Shown: positions 12,106 to 24,143 of the stretch, piece by piece
How the letters are laid out: each line of letters begins with the position of its first letter
How positions within the stretch are numbered: the stretch's first letter is position 1
DNA from: Klebsormidium nitens
Taxonomy: Eukaryota; Plantae; Klebsormidiophyceae
Reading direction: 5' to 3'
Assembly: GCA_000708835.1 (NCBI GenBank)
Contig: DF237091.1
Span: forward strand, 62,001-126,000
DNA: 64,000 bases
Program-made: the position numbers and the translations under genes
Notes under the pieces: generated by a model
The model's input: only the letters and a program-made list of their open reading frames with translations
The model's database searches: none
Told to the model about the DNA's origin: nothing

Positions 12106-14209
12106 GGCCCGCGTGTCAACAGTTGTTCCGCTTGACGAGGGTCTGATTGCGCGCACGCGGCCGCGGTTAGACCTAGCATATAGTGGCTCAGCTCTCTCTG
12201 TATCCACCACTCGCGCCAGGATTGCTTCAGAGCCACTCGCGCCGGAATTGCTTAGATAGCTGACACGTGTGCAACGGTTGACCTCACCGTCATTATCACC
12301 AGAATTGGACTTATAGCTCAGTGACATTTGCGTCGGACTTGACTCAGCTGAGTAGTGCCTTTGACTCGTAGCTCATCACTTTTCAAGTTGCAAGTTCACC
12401 TCTGCTAGCTTCCTGGCTCAAGAATACTGGCACCCGGAACTGTGGGCTTGGGAGCTGACATTAGCGGACAAGCATTGGACAAGTGTGGAGGGCAACCTCG
12501 ATTGTAAGTCCGATGAGCTGCCAGGGGACTGGCCTGCTTTGTCTTCCATCCACGGGTGGTGACCGAAGTGACTCAAGTCCAGGCATGGCAACGTACGTGG
12601 TGTGTGCTTGTAATTGCCTCTGTCGTGGCACATATGGCTATCCCTTTGCATAGCACTGAGTCAATTGTGGACCATTGAATGGCATGGTCAATCAAAGTAC
12701 ATGGATGGCCCCAAGAGTAAGCGGGGCGGGTAGAGTTCAAAATTATTTGTTGCGACGTCATGTCGAACTCGGAAAGCCATGGATAAGCGCCGGAGCCATC
12801 ATAGGCCGGGCTTTAGCCGGGCTTATAGGCCAAGCATGCGTCTAGCCGGAAACACCTGAGATCCGGCAGACGGTAGCGACGTTGCGCACGGTATCCCTGT
12901 CATGCAAGGGCGTGAGACTTGCGACGCCTTTGCGAATGTTCGCGTCATCATAAGGGCGCATCGGAAGAGGTGGAATGAATTTTGATCGCTTGACTCGGCC
13001 GCATCTGGCTCTGCCCGCACAACTTACCTTGCGAGCTCATCAGCATTGTTGTCGGCCATTGCCCAATTCGTGACCCGAAGGGATCATTATATACTGTCCC
13101 TGTAGCATTATATATAGCTGTACCGTGCATGAGCCGGCCGGTTGCCTGGGCCCTGGGGTATTCATATGCATCTTCCTTCGACTGGGGCCCCAATTAAAAG
13201 TGCACATATCTAGCTAGCTCCCGTAGCTTTATTGACTACCGTACACAGTCAATGAACTATATCAAAGGTGCAAGTTTTATACCATCTTTTTGGAGATTAA
13301 ATCTAATGGTCAACCAGCACTGGCGCACCTTTAACTCAATGGACACCAGGAACGAAGAGCCTGCCGCTGCTTGAAGGCTAATATTCACGCATGGCTATCG
13401 CCAGTGCCTACTAAGGGACTCATGCTATTTGTCAAAGAATTCACGCACTATCTTGAATTAAGTGAGGAAGCTCTGTTTCATATTTCTTGGGACCATAACA
13501 ATCTGTAAAGTTCTGAGCATTTGACTTTGATCAAGAAGCTACTTGAGCTGCTCTGAAGCTAGACCGTGAGCAAGCATGGTCAACAATGATTGGTATGACG
13601 CGTTTTGATTCCGCGTCTTATCCTTCCAACAACGCAATCTGAAGGACAAGACATGGGCGCGATTGTGCTTTCAAATCAACGGCACGACCAGAAATAAGAA
13701 AACCAGACTCGGTGTTCTGGTGATTGCGGGTAACAAGCTTCCTGCAAAGTCCTGGTCCTGTAAGATCTAGCTGTAAGTGAAGTCACAACTTGAAGTAATG
13801 GACAATTGAAAAGAGACTGAAGTTGCAGCAGGCTGTGGGCTAATAGAATCGTACCAAACACTTCATGACTCCAACGAGAACTAAGTCAAGCAGGACAAGC
13901 AGGTGGCTTACTTGTGGCTTAGCCCTTTAAGTTCTCAAAGTGGTCAGTGTGCCCTACTAAAGCAGCCCTCTAGTGTTACCGTGAGTGTGGCGTATGAATT
14001 TCTGAGCATTGGTCGCCTAAATGGGCTTCAACTGCAACTTAGACTCCTCAGGCTACCGTCTGATGCTACTATACAAGGCTCCTCGTTAAACATGACACAT
14101 GTGCCAATGACCCTATGAAATTCTGATTGTGCAACTCAACATCAGCATGTAACTCGCGGTTGCCTTGGCACTCTGACATACTTCTATACTTCCAGCAGAT
14201 AAACCATTC

Positions 14210-14827
14210 TTAGGACGAACTTTCCGTGCTCTTAAGATCCTTTGGTGAGTCACTATCATTGCCCATGCTTGGTTCTGCGCCCGTGTTCGAAGAAACTTGT
14301 GTATATTCAGGAAAGTCGTCAACTTTTGAAAGTTCAAGCTGCGGGCTAGACAATTCGCCAGACTGGATGGTGGGCTGAATGACAGGACTTGTATCATCTT
14401 TCAATCCTTCCTGCTGAGCTCCAAAATCAGAGCCTCCAATGTGATTGCCGATGCTTGGATCTGCGCCCGTGTTCGACAAATCCGGTGTATATTCAGTAAA
14501 GTCGTCATTCTTTGAAAGTTCAAGCTGCGGGCCAGACCAATCGCCAGACTGGTCGGTGGGCTGAATGACATGAGTTGCATCATCTTTCAATCCTTCCTGC
14601 TGGGTCCCAAAATCAGAGCCTCCAATTTGATCTGTTGTACCGATTTCCTTTCCTTTCCTGGTTGCGGGCTGTGGAGTCCCATTCACGTTCATGTCACAAC
14701 AAAGCCAGTCCACACACGTCATAATAAAGCCGCCTAAGCAGATGCAAGGAAGACAAACGCAGAGTCCCACGTACACACAAGAATGGAGGTCGTCAAGCAG
14801 CCTTCCGTCACCCTTGCCATTGCCCAT
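14210..14827 (-). CDS. putative orphan protein, 205 aa, with a Cys-rich hydrophobic N-terminal segment and an acidic 62-aa tandem repeat
   Basis: ATG-to-stop single-exon ORF. Segment LHSCVYVGLCVCLPCICLGGFIMTCVDWLCC is followed by two in-frame 62-aa repeats (46/62 identical). No known family recognised. Confidence 0.5.
   Translation of the reverse strand: MGNGKGDGRLLDDLHSCVYVGLCVCLPCICLGGFIMTCVDWLCCDMNVNGTPQPATRKGKEIGTTDQIGGSDFGTQQEGLKDDATHVIQPTDQSGDWSGPQLELSKNDDFTEYTPDLSNTGADPSIGNHIGGSDFGAQQEGLKDDTSPVIQPTIQSGELSSPQLELSKVDDFPEYTQVSSNTGAEPSMGNDSDSPKDLKSTESSS
14256..14627. repeat. 186-bp direct tandem repeat x2 inside the orphan ORF
   Basis: Units at ~14256-14441 and ~14442-14627; the period is a multiple of 3. 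Confidence 0.9.
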
Positions 14828-15122
14828 GCTGCACTAACTTGAGACGTCCAGACACTTCAAAAGTTGAAATTGAGCGGCCTACCACCTGTCCTGCCGCTGC
14901 ACTGATATCAATATTAAGCTATCTACATCACTGTCAACAGACTTGATGCATGATGCATCATCTTTCACAGAACGCAGCTAGAACGCCGGGCTTGCCGCTT
15001 TCGTATTATATCACGCATACGGTAATCCAGACCTTATCGCCCGTCCGGGTTTTTCGCTCAGCCATTTTGCCGGGAGCCATCAGAAATTTTTCGAAGTCGA
15101 ATCACGTGGCAGGGAGATATCG

Positions 15123-15154
15123 CTGATATACCCCGCCGCCGAGGGGTATATCAG
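15123..15154. other. perfect 12-bp stem hairpin (CTGATATACCCC / GGGGTATATCAG, 8-nt loop)
   Basis: Read directly from the sequence; lies between the divergent genes ending at 14827 and starting at 15921. Confidence 0.85.
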
Positions 15155-15920
15155 AAAACTCTAAGCAGGTTCGACGCCGATGCAGTGTTCGGACTAAGCG
15201 ATAAGCGAGTTATACCGTTCGAGCTCGTCGAAATCGAAGGTTTCTTGTCGACCTCGAGCTTGAAATCCCCCTCGGGGCTCCGCCCTCGGGTGGATATCAG
15301 CTCTCGTTCGACGCGAAACCATCGATATCGCCAAGCGATCTCATGGTATAACTACTACTTTAATCATATGCATATGTAATCCAGGATGTTCAAGATATCC
15401 AAGCTCTTGTGACGCCCGGCTTGGCGTTTCTAAGACTGGCACGTGGCAGGTTAAGCTGGGCCGTCTGATGGTCGAGGGTACTGCCGACGGTACCGTCAGT
15501 GAACTCGTCCCCCTAAGTTCGCCAAGTCGACGCCGACGATTCGATGGCCGGTATCGCAGAAAAAGGAGTACGCACCGCAGAGACTACAGTAGGTACCGTA
15601 GTTCCTTAACCAGAATTCGGGTTTAGGATACCCAAACGAAGAGCCTCCGAACTTCAAAACCATGCAGGCGCACCTGTCGCCACTGCCTGGCAGGACTCCT
15701 ACACTGCTACAGGCTACAGCACTGGGAACTAGGAACTCCTAGGCCCAGGGACTCCTACAGCGCAATATCAACGTCACTGATCAGTCTGATGCCCTGCAAC
15801 TCGCAAGAACAACCTGTGAGTGTCTGATGGAAATGCTACCTGTTGTTCAGGCTCGAGCGAGAATCTTGCAGTGCGCAGTCGCTTGAGCCTTGAAGGCCGC
15901 TTGAAGGGTTTCGCATCTGC

Positions 15921-16631
15921 ATGGTTAGAGGAGTCAGCATGGCTGCTGCTCTACCTGTCTGGGTAGTACAGAAGGGCACCTACGAGTCTGCACGCGCGCG
16001 ATTGACCGACAAGACGTTTCTTGAGAGGGAGAGGGCTTTCATGAAATTGTATGTTGTTGTTTCCGGCCTGCTGACAGCTTCCACCTATGTGGCAGTCCTG
16101 AGCCCCCTAGTCAGCATTGACAACAATGCAGCTTTGGGTCCAGACGTAGCACAGACAGGCAAGCCCCTTTCTAGCAGCGTTCAGTTGTACTATTGGATTA
16201 GGGGGCTGAATGCAATCTCTTTCCTCCTCTCTGTATCATGTATTGTAGCATCTTTTAGCTACTGGACTTTCATCACAGTAACTCTAAGAGATGTTGATAC
16301 TATTGAAAGGATAATGCCAGAAGAGCATTGCATTACAATGTCAAGTGGGAACAAGTCACTACCGCTTGAGATTGTCTTGATTGCTAGCATCCTTCGAATG
16401 GCAACTAAGCTAAGCTTGATGCTATCCTTCACTTCCACAGTCACTGCTACAATCTGCTCAGTGATAGCGTTTGTAGATAGGGTGGCAGCAATTGCAACTC
16501 TTGCAGTGTGTCTGAGTATTTGTGCACTCACGGGAGCGCTTTTCTATTTGACATACGTCGTATCTGGAAGAGTGAAGGGGGAAGTTGGCAAGTTAGAAAA
16601 ACTACAAACTCGAAAAACAAACACCAAGTGA
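15921..16631 (+). CDS. intronless multi-pass membrane protein, 236 aa, PGG-domain-like (the TM region of ACD6-type proteins) without ankyrin repeats
   Basis: ATG-to-TGA ORF with about four hydrophobic helices. KLYVVVSGLLTASTYVAVLSP ... TGKPL ... LNAISFLLSVSCIV ... LSLMLSF resembles, from memory, the PGG pattern (vvAtLiaTvtFaagf.pP ... gkpil ... NtiaFfsS). The family call is less certain than the ORF itself. Confidence 0.65.
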   Translation: MVRGVSMAAALPVWVVQKGTYESARARLTDKTFLERERAFMKLYVVVSGLLTASTYVAVLSPLVSIDNNAALGPDVAQTGKPLSSSVQLYYWIRGLNAISFLLSVSCIVASFSYWTFITVTLRDVDTIERIMPEEHCITMSSGNKSLPLEIVLIASILRMATKLSLMLSFTSTVTATICSVIAFVDRVAAIATLAVCLSICALTGALFYLTYVVSGRVKGEVGKLEKLQTRKTNTK

Positions 16632-18166
16632 TGTGAGGTTGCAGGCCATAATGTGCATTGCTATCTGCAGCTGTGGCACTGTCAACGATCGTGCTGAATG
16701 GATGGGCAATTTTTGTAGCTGAGTTGGCAGTCATAAGTAGGTATGAGTTCTGGGTTTTTGCCGCCATGCAGAGCAGGCTTCTTGTTGTTTGCCTTTGCTG
16801 CCAGGCTGCAGCTCGTCACACATGCTAACCACTTTTAGAACAAGCTCGATGATCATTTTTCCTACTTGCCATCGCCAACTCTTAAACCATATGGGCTTCA
16901 AAATTGGCGAGAAGAAGCACATGTGCCATGTGGCCAATTCAAAGTAAGAACCAAAATCGTGCAGCATGCCTGAAAAGAGTTGTGCACGCACCATCCTTGC
17001 ACTATCAAGCAACATCTCGAACGGTGTCGCTTCATTCTGTGAAACAAGCTTCTTTCTTGTTCAAACAAGCTCTATCGGAGCACCCATGGGTGTTTCCCGT
17101 TGGCTTTGACCGTTAAGCATTCCATTAGAAACCGCAAAAAAGAAGGCACGCCTATGTAGAAGGTTTGCTTCAAACCTCTGCATGAAAGACTCACAGGGTT
17201 TCTGGAACCACGTAAATTACAGGCTAGTGACATGCATTGCTAATCATCACGACTAGAAAGAAACTATCGTCTCGACGACATTTGTAAATCATGTGTTTCA
17301 GCCAAGTTGCCGGGGCACATTCCAGATCGCAAACTTGCCAAGACACCGCGTTCGCTGATCGGGTGCATGGACTGGAAGGGCACGTTCCGGCCAACATAGA
17401 TCCATGCATATCAAAGTATATTGCCATGGAAGCGGGCCGGGCCCATGGTCGAACCTATGGCCCTTCATGCAATGTCTCTATAGGATTTGTTGCATGTTAA
17501 GAACATCGCCCCGACAAGTATAGTATCGTTTCTGCGGGTACTCATGGTGTATCAATATTGGACAATCTTCACAATCCGCAAGCCAAGTGCCGTTGCCAGC
17601 TCACTAAGTCGAGTGTATAGTAGCTGAGCGCTCAGTCGACCAATTGTCCGTACGTACTGCGACACTTACGAGACTGGGTGGGCCAAAGCGTTCTGGCAAT
17701 AAGCATGCGAGCGATCAATTGCTCTTTGAGGGGACGTCCAATGACGTGACGTCATGCCCAATACTGGCAACTTCTGAGGGGACGGTACTATACGTGCAGA
17801 GGTTGGCGGCCCGAGCCGCCCAGCATTTAACCCGGGCCAGCAACCCGTTATTCAATAGGAGGCATATCTAGACCGGGCCTCGTATGAGTGGGCCTCATAT
17901 AATGTCTGCATATGCGCATAACTTGCGGCGTGAAACTTAAGAGACTGAGAGGACCATCTCAGACTTCCAATGGTCCATCCAATGTCACCATCAGTGGCTG
18001 CAGCAGGAGATCGAAAAATTGTTCATCATGCGAAGCTTGGCTATGGATCTTTATGTACATCTGATGAACCTGCTCTGCCTTCATTGACTGCATATACCTC
18101 ATGCTCATGTACATGACCTGCAAAGCCGGAAGTTAGCGTTTTTGTTGCTCAACTCGTAAACGCGAG

Positions 18167-21100
18167 CTATGACTGTCTCTTTGACGGGCCCAAGTCGAAA
18201 TCAACGGTGTAGTCGTACTCGATTGTCGGGATCACAGAAGCGATGAATTTCAGGAAGATGAACAGGTACCTGACGGGCACAGCACGAAGACTCATCAGTC
18301 ATATAAACGATCTAAAAGCGCAAAGAAAAGTAACAAGGATAGCGATCAGAAGCGTGAGGCCTTCACACTTGCATGAAACGCAAAAGTACCGTCTTTGACG
18401 ACGTACAAAAACAAAGATCGATATGGATCGATATGCTTAATCAGAAGGCGAAGTCAAGTACTTTGGAGGTGGAGAGCAGGCAAGCCGTCAATGAACGCGT
18501 TGAAAGCTCCCAGCAGCTTTCAAGGAACCGACAGCTCTCAAGGGCACACCATTACAGAAAGCAAGCAACTCCGCACGACGCACAAGGGAACATCAACAGG
18601 GATTGGGCAGCACAAGACCGATAACATACACTTCCAAGAGCAGGGGGGACAATGGAACCTCATGGCTCAGCAGATCTTCGCGACTGGTGACGCAGTGCTT
18701 GGTCGGGCGAAGCATGAGACCGGGCATTCAAAACCGTGTCGATTTGCAAACCGCAAAGCACGACAGATGACCTTTCCAAACTCTTACTAAGGTACGACAT
18801 AAGAAAAGTCTCTTAGCAAAAGCTTTTCTTCGACTGACAACAGAATCATGCAGACTAACAAATATATTGGCCTTATCGAGGGTTACAAAAACGACTGCAA
18901 CGTAGCGAGCCACTCACTGGTCCACCCTGGGGTCCGCCCCTTTGGCACAGATGACGTCAAGAATTTTCTTCATGACGAGGCTGTGCTTGCAGGGGTGCAC
19001 CGACGCGTGCTTCCCGTGCAGGTGCGGGTGGTCCTCGATCGTCACCTGCAAGATGAACCGCATCGACGTCTCAAGTTCAGAGAGGTTCGCGAAAGCTATC
19101 AGAAGTTTAAGAATCGAAGTCAAAAGGCACCTGCAAAGGTACTCACGAACTTTGGTAGTCCTTTGAAAAACAAGGGGTTGGACGACTAGAAGGGTTTAGT
19201 GACATAACGTCTAGACAGAGATTCCAGCCCCTAATAAAGTAAGGACGAAAATAGACCTCTGCAGCTCGTGGCTTGGGCAATATCATACACTTCGGCAGCT
19301 CGTATGGAAAGTCTGAATCTACGGGCTTCAGGAGTGTTATGAGCTCTTCCTATATCAGAGAAAACCCTAGATCCAGATTTAGGCAGCAGATCTGGCCGGA
19401 TACTCGAATCTCTCCAAATGGAACGGTTGACCGAAGGACTGCCGACACATTTGCGGTCCCATGCAGACTCTGCTTCAGGAAGACAACAGAGTGGGCCTCA
19501 AGAATGCTTTCGTTGCCGCTCTGAATTCTCGAGTACCTCGATCTCTGCCGTTATGGTCTTGCAACTCTGCAATTTGGAGAGTTTTGGCGACTTGCGTGTC
19601 CGTTTTGTATCAAGAGCTCCGCTGATATCCCAGAAAAGTAGGCCAGAGGATCCAGAAGCGGGGAAGCACATTTCAGACACAGTTGAGCGCAAGAGCGGAC
19701 GACGCACCGTTTTCCTGGCGTGGTCTTGACTGACGTCTTGCAACACCTGCTCCGGATGGAGCGGCCGCTTCGCCTGCACAGGTTAACCGAAACCCCGGGT
19801 TAACAATGGGGACTCTGCGGGTAACCTTAGGAGTTACAACCGCAGAGTTGATCCTAGGTGATTAGGGACTGCCCGGGAGGGTCGAACGCTGAGCCTGAGT
19901 TCTACCGCAAGAGCGACGAGAGCATAAGCTATTTGACCAGATATAACCTGGGAGGATTGTAAAGTCTAGGCCGTTTGAAGACCTGGAATCGACGATTGGA
20001 CGGTCCAAGAACTGTGCTCAATCCCGAGATCCGAAGAGAATCAGGCCGCTAGATTTGAATAGGCGGGATGTAAAGCGAGGCTGGCTGACATCAACTTCAA
20101 CCGGATCCTCTGACAGGCGCTGGGTTGCTCAGAATGTGGCGCTCGTCTAGGGCACCCAATCTGGGCTCAGCTTACAAGCAACATACATTGGTCAGGAATG
20201 AGAACAGAAAATCCTGATGTAAGTTCAAATCTGGCTGAGCTAAGGGCTCTAGATCTGGTTACTACGAAAAGAAACAGGTTTTCTGCGTCTCTCCTCACGC
20301 AGTCTTTTTCCCTCCTTCAATCATTACCGTTTAAGGCTTTCCAACTGCCGCTCAGGTATTGACGACACAATCCGGTAAGAAGACGGGACGGTCCATAAGA
20401 GCGATTGGCCTTGGGTTCTGACCTCCATTTTTGAGTTATCAGGGTGACCCTCGGTGTCGGTTTGCTTACCTCATCATATCCGTATAACCAAACCCGAGGC
20501 GTCTGATAGTACTTGTCGTACCTGCGCATAACCAAAAACGTCAAAGGCCGCACCGACAGAACGAAGCCCCCCGGTACGGATCGGCTTCGTTCCAACTTCA
20601 ACATGAAGCTTGTTAAAAGCTTTGGGGAATCATGGGGAAGGCGAAGAATTGCGTATGGAGGGTCTCATGACGACAGCAAAAACAACTCAAAACCGCCTGC
20701 GCAATCGCTCAGAACTCGGAGAAAGCGGCGCTCCGCGGTTTGACGAAAGTGCGGCACACAGAAGCTGAGCCCAAGTCCTCACGTGATGCTTAGATCGTAG
20801 GTGCGCGTCCGGAGGATGTTCTCGTCGCCCGGCTCCTCGGCTCGCAAGTACGGGATCTGAAACGTCGCCTGCATTCGAACCAATCAACAAGTCATGGTCA
20901 GTCCTCCATGGTTAAAGTATAGTAAGTGCTGCAACTCTTCTGCCACACATGCCAGTAAGATCGGCCTGCAACTGAACAGAGGTAAAAGTAAAGACGGAAG
21001 AAACCGCTTCTTGAGCGAGATTCTGAAAGGCGATCGGTTGGCGTTCTGAACGCTCGGATTCATGATTAGGCGCAGGCGCAACAGGTGTCTGGCTCGGACT

Positions 21101-23528
21101 CCGCAAAATCATTCAAAGTTTCTGGCGCAACGGACCAGATCAATCTACACGATCTCTGTAAAAAGGCCTTCGCTTCGACCTTCGATGTCAAAGCCTACGT
21201 TTTTCTTTGCTGCAATCTCCGCAATTACGACAACACTCGAACATTCCACTGCTTCATAGTTTGTCTTGCAACGGAGCAGATCAAGTTCGTCCTACAAAGG
21301 ACACATTTCAAACTGAGGAGGCCTCGCTCCGAGCTTCGGAACAGCGACATCGCGAGTTCGTTTTGCTAAAATGATCGCGGTTTGGAGGCCTTCGCATGCG
21401 CAATTGGCTTCGAAGTTCTTTTTACAACGGTCCGAAAGAAAAGCTGAGTACGAGACGGCCTTACTTTCGACCTTGGAACTCAGATAATGCAGATTTTGAG
21501 TGACCCAACAAGGCGAAGTAGACAACGATCCCTTTCACAGCTCACCGCATCATCTTCAACGAGATTGTTGTCGTCCTGAAACTCGTCCATGTCGGGGACC
21601 TCATCCTCATCGTCCGCTTCTGCAGCGCCGCGAGACGGGCCCGCCTTGGCTTCCTCCTTCGGGGCCTCGGTCGACGGCCCCTCCATCGACGGGATCTCGC
21701 CCTCGTCTTGTCTGGTTTCTGAACAAACAACCGGAACGTTTCTAGCTGAGTACAGATCCCCCTGGTCAAAGTTACGTTGTCCGTGTGGTTTCTTAGACTG
21801 TAGGTGTGCATCATGGGAAACCTTTGTTGAGGTGTGATTCATTCTCAATCACTGAAAGAGCGCACTTCTTAGACGGAGATCACAAAGACGTCATTCCTTT
21901 CAAGGTGACGTCATCGTTGATCTTCAAGACCTGATCAAATCCCAGTAAATCCCTACTTCTGCTTTCCAAAGCTTGGCCCAGGTTTTACAAGCACAACAGC
22001 TCTTGCAATCCGACCGCAGTGTTCATGGTCGGCCTTTCTACGGCTAGTTTTTAAAAATTATATGGCCCCATTTAATCTCAAGAAGAAGAGCCTATGTTTG
22101 CATTTTCAGAGATCACAAACGCACCGTGAACAAAGTCACGCTTTTGAAAAGGCTCACACTTTTGCGAAGGCTCACCCCTTCAGAATAGCTCACCTGACGC
22201 TGCGCCGTGCGTGGCTAGCCAGCCCTCCTCGCCATCCTCTCCCATCATCTGCTCCGTCTCAGTGGAAGGGTCCTCTTCCATCGTATGCACCCGCTTGAAG
22301 CATGGGACTGCACGAAACCAGTTGTCAGGCCAAAAAGTCCAGTAAATGGTCACTGGAAACGGAAACGTTTCATTTGCACAGTCAATATTGTGTTGATTTG
22401 AACTGGATAGACTGTATTGCAGACCACATGCGAGCGAAGACTGTGGTTTGGTACTTCAACTACAGCCTGCTAGACGTGACAATCCTCAGAGCACAAACTA
22501 ATGAACTGATCACTCCATCAATCGACCGCAGCCTTGCAGACGGTGTAACCCCACGGTTACAAGTCCATAACACCGGATAATAAGCTACCTAAGAATCATG
22601 TTTCCCAAATGCTCGCAACAGACCAATGTAGAGCATGAGGAGGGCAAAGTAACTCAGGATCCCCCAAGCCCCTTCTGTATTGGACACAAACAAGCAAGTA
22701 ATAGACTTCAACCCCCCCCTCCCTCAGACACCCCGCACTTCAACCAGCAGAAACATGCGGACTCGACATCAGATCCCAGTCTTACCGTTGTGTGTAATAA
22801 GGAACTGCTTGTTTGGAGGTAAGTACGGCTTGCGCTTTTCAGGCTCGCCCGCATCCCTGCTCAGACAAGAAGATAGTAATTGGGTTTGTTTGCCTGGTTG
22901 TCTGCTCGATAACATCGTAGCCCTTCCGCTGATTAAAGTTTAAAACCTCCCACCAATCCGTCATGACCCAAGATCTCAATGCCAAAAAAGTTGACTAGCG
23001 CCAAACACAGATCACAAGGACGACACTGGGGACATGTATAATCTGGTCATAAGAAACCTTCGCTTGCACCAGCTTAGGGGGCTCAGGGGGCTTACTGTCT
23101 TTGAACAAGCACACCAACTCGGAACAAAGTGCAATCCTTCTTCGACCATTGATGTTGCAAAATCATAATCCGAAAATGCCCACAGTAAAGCGAATCAGCT
23201 CACAAGCAAACCATGTCTCCTCATTATTGCTAAGTACTCTATCCTATCTTGCAGAACTTCTTACAAGTAGGGAACACATCAGAGCTACCCAGAGGATCTT
23301 TGAGACACAAAAGCTCCAGGATCATGTGATCGGTTACGCATTCCCCTGAAATAAATCAGCATCTTACCATAGCCATGTTGGGCACTTGTTCACAAGGTTG
23401 TCGCCAGCCTCTACAAACTCTTCTGGCGTCAGCACGCCCTTGCTCCTGAAAGCAGACACCGTCCTGGGAGGGGTGACCGACTCGTATACTCCCACCCAGG
23501 TATCGTGCAGCTTCTGTTTGAGAGACAT
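18167..23528 (-). CDS. ATG3: autophagy E2-like conjugating enzyme ATG3, 9 exons, 317 aa
   Basis: Exons 23528-23368, 22856-22786, 22307-22194, 21718-21546, 20868-20783, 20521-20470, 19773-19708, 19045-18918, 18269-18167, all phase-consistent. Motifs [59 protein letters not shown], catalytic ASVHPCKH and YLFIFLKFIASVIPTIEYDYT. Confidence 0.97.
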
Positions 23529-24143
23529 CTTGCGTGCCGCAACTTGTACTTTCCAATTCCTGAACGGCGTATTTCTTTGTGGGAAGATGTTTAATTTCAG
23601 GAGAAAATGTAAGTTACAGAATGACAAGGACACTCATCATCCTTTTGACAACCAAGCTGCCAGTACTCGGGCGATCGACCAATCTCAATGGCGCCCCTTC
23701 AACCTGTGCTTGCCCCTCGGGAACTTGGCAATGGAAGCTGAATCGCTGTCGAAGACGACAGTCCCTAATTGCCTTGCCTGGTCACGTGCTTCAAGTTGTT
23801 GCTCTCTTTCCCTCTAGAGCGAAACCCTGGCCCTGACCCTGGCCCTGAGACGAAAGAACCGGGAGTGCCGTAGTCGGTGTTACCGTAACTTGGTTGATAA
23901 CCCTTAGGCTTGGATCACGGGTCCTACAGTCCTTTGCAGGAGGCTTCAACTCAGCAACTAATTCCGGGTTAAGTCACTACCGTCAAGTTGCTGGTCGGGG
24001 GTACCTTTCCCGGGCTTGCCATTCCTGGAGCGCCACGCAAAAGCAGCTCTCGCAGAGCAATCTCTCCCTCTTTCAGGCTGGGCTCCTTGGCAGCCAGTCC
24101 TTGTGCAAGAGGCGCTTCTGCAGGGGGCTCTCAGGTTGCAATC
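23529..24143. promoter_or_regulatory. probable bidirectional promoter and 5' UTRs between ATG3 and RPS2
   Basis: Head-to-head start codons ~615 bp apart. A pyrimidine tract near 23800-23815 and an AAACCCT telo-box-like motif at ~23822. A likely 5'-UTR intron of RPS2 ends at CTCTCAG (~24134). Confidence 0.5.
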
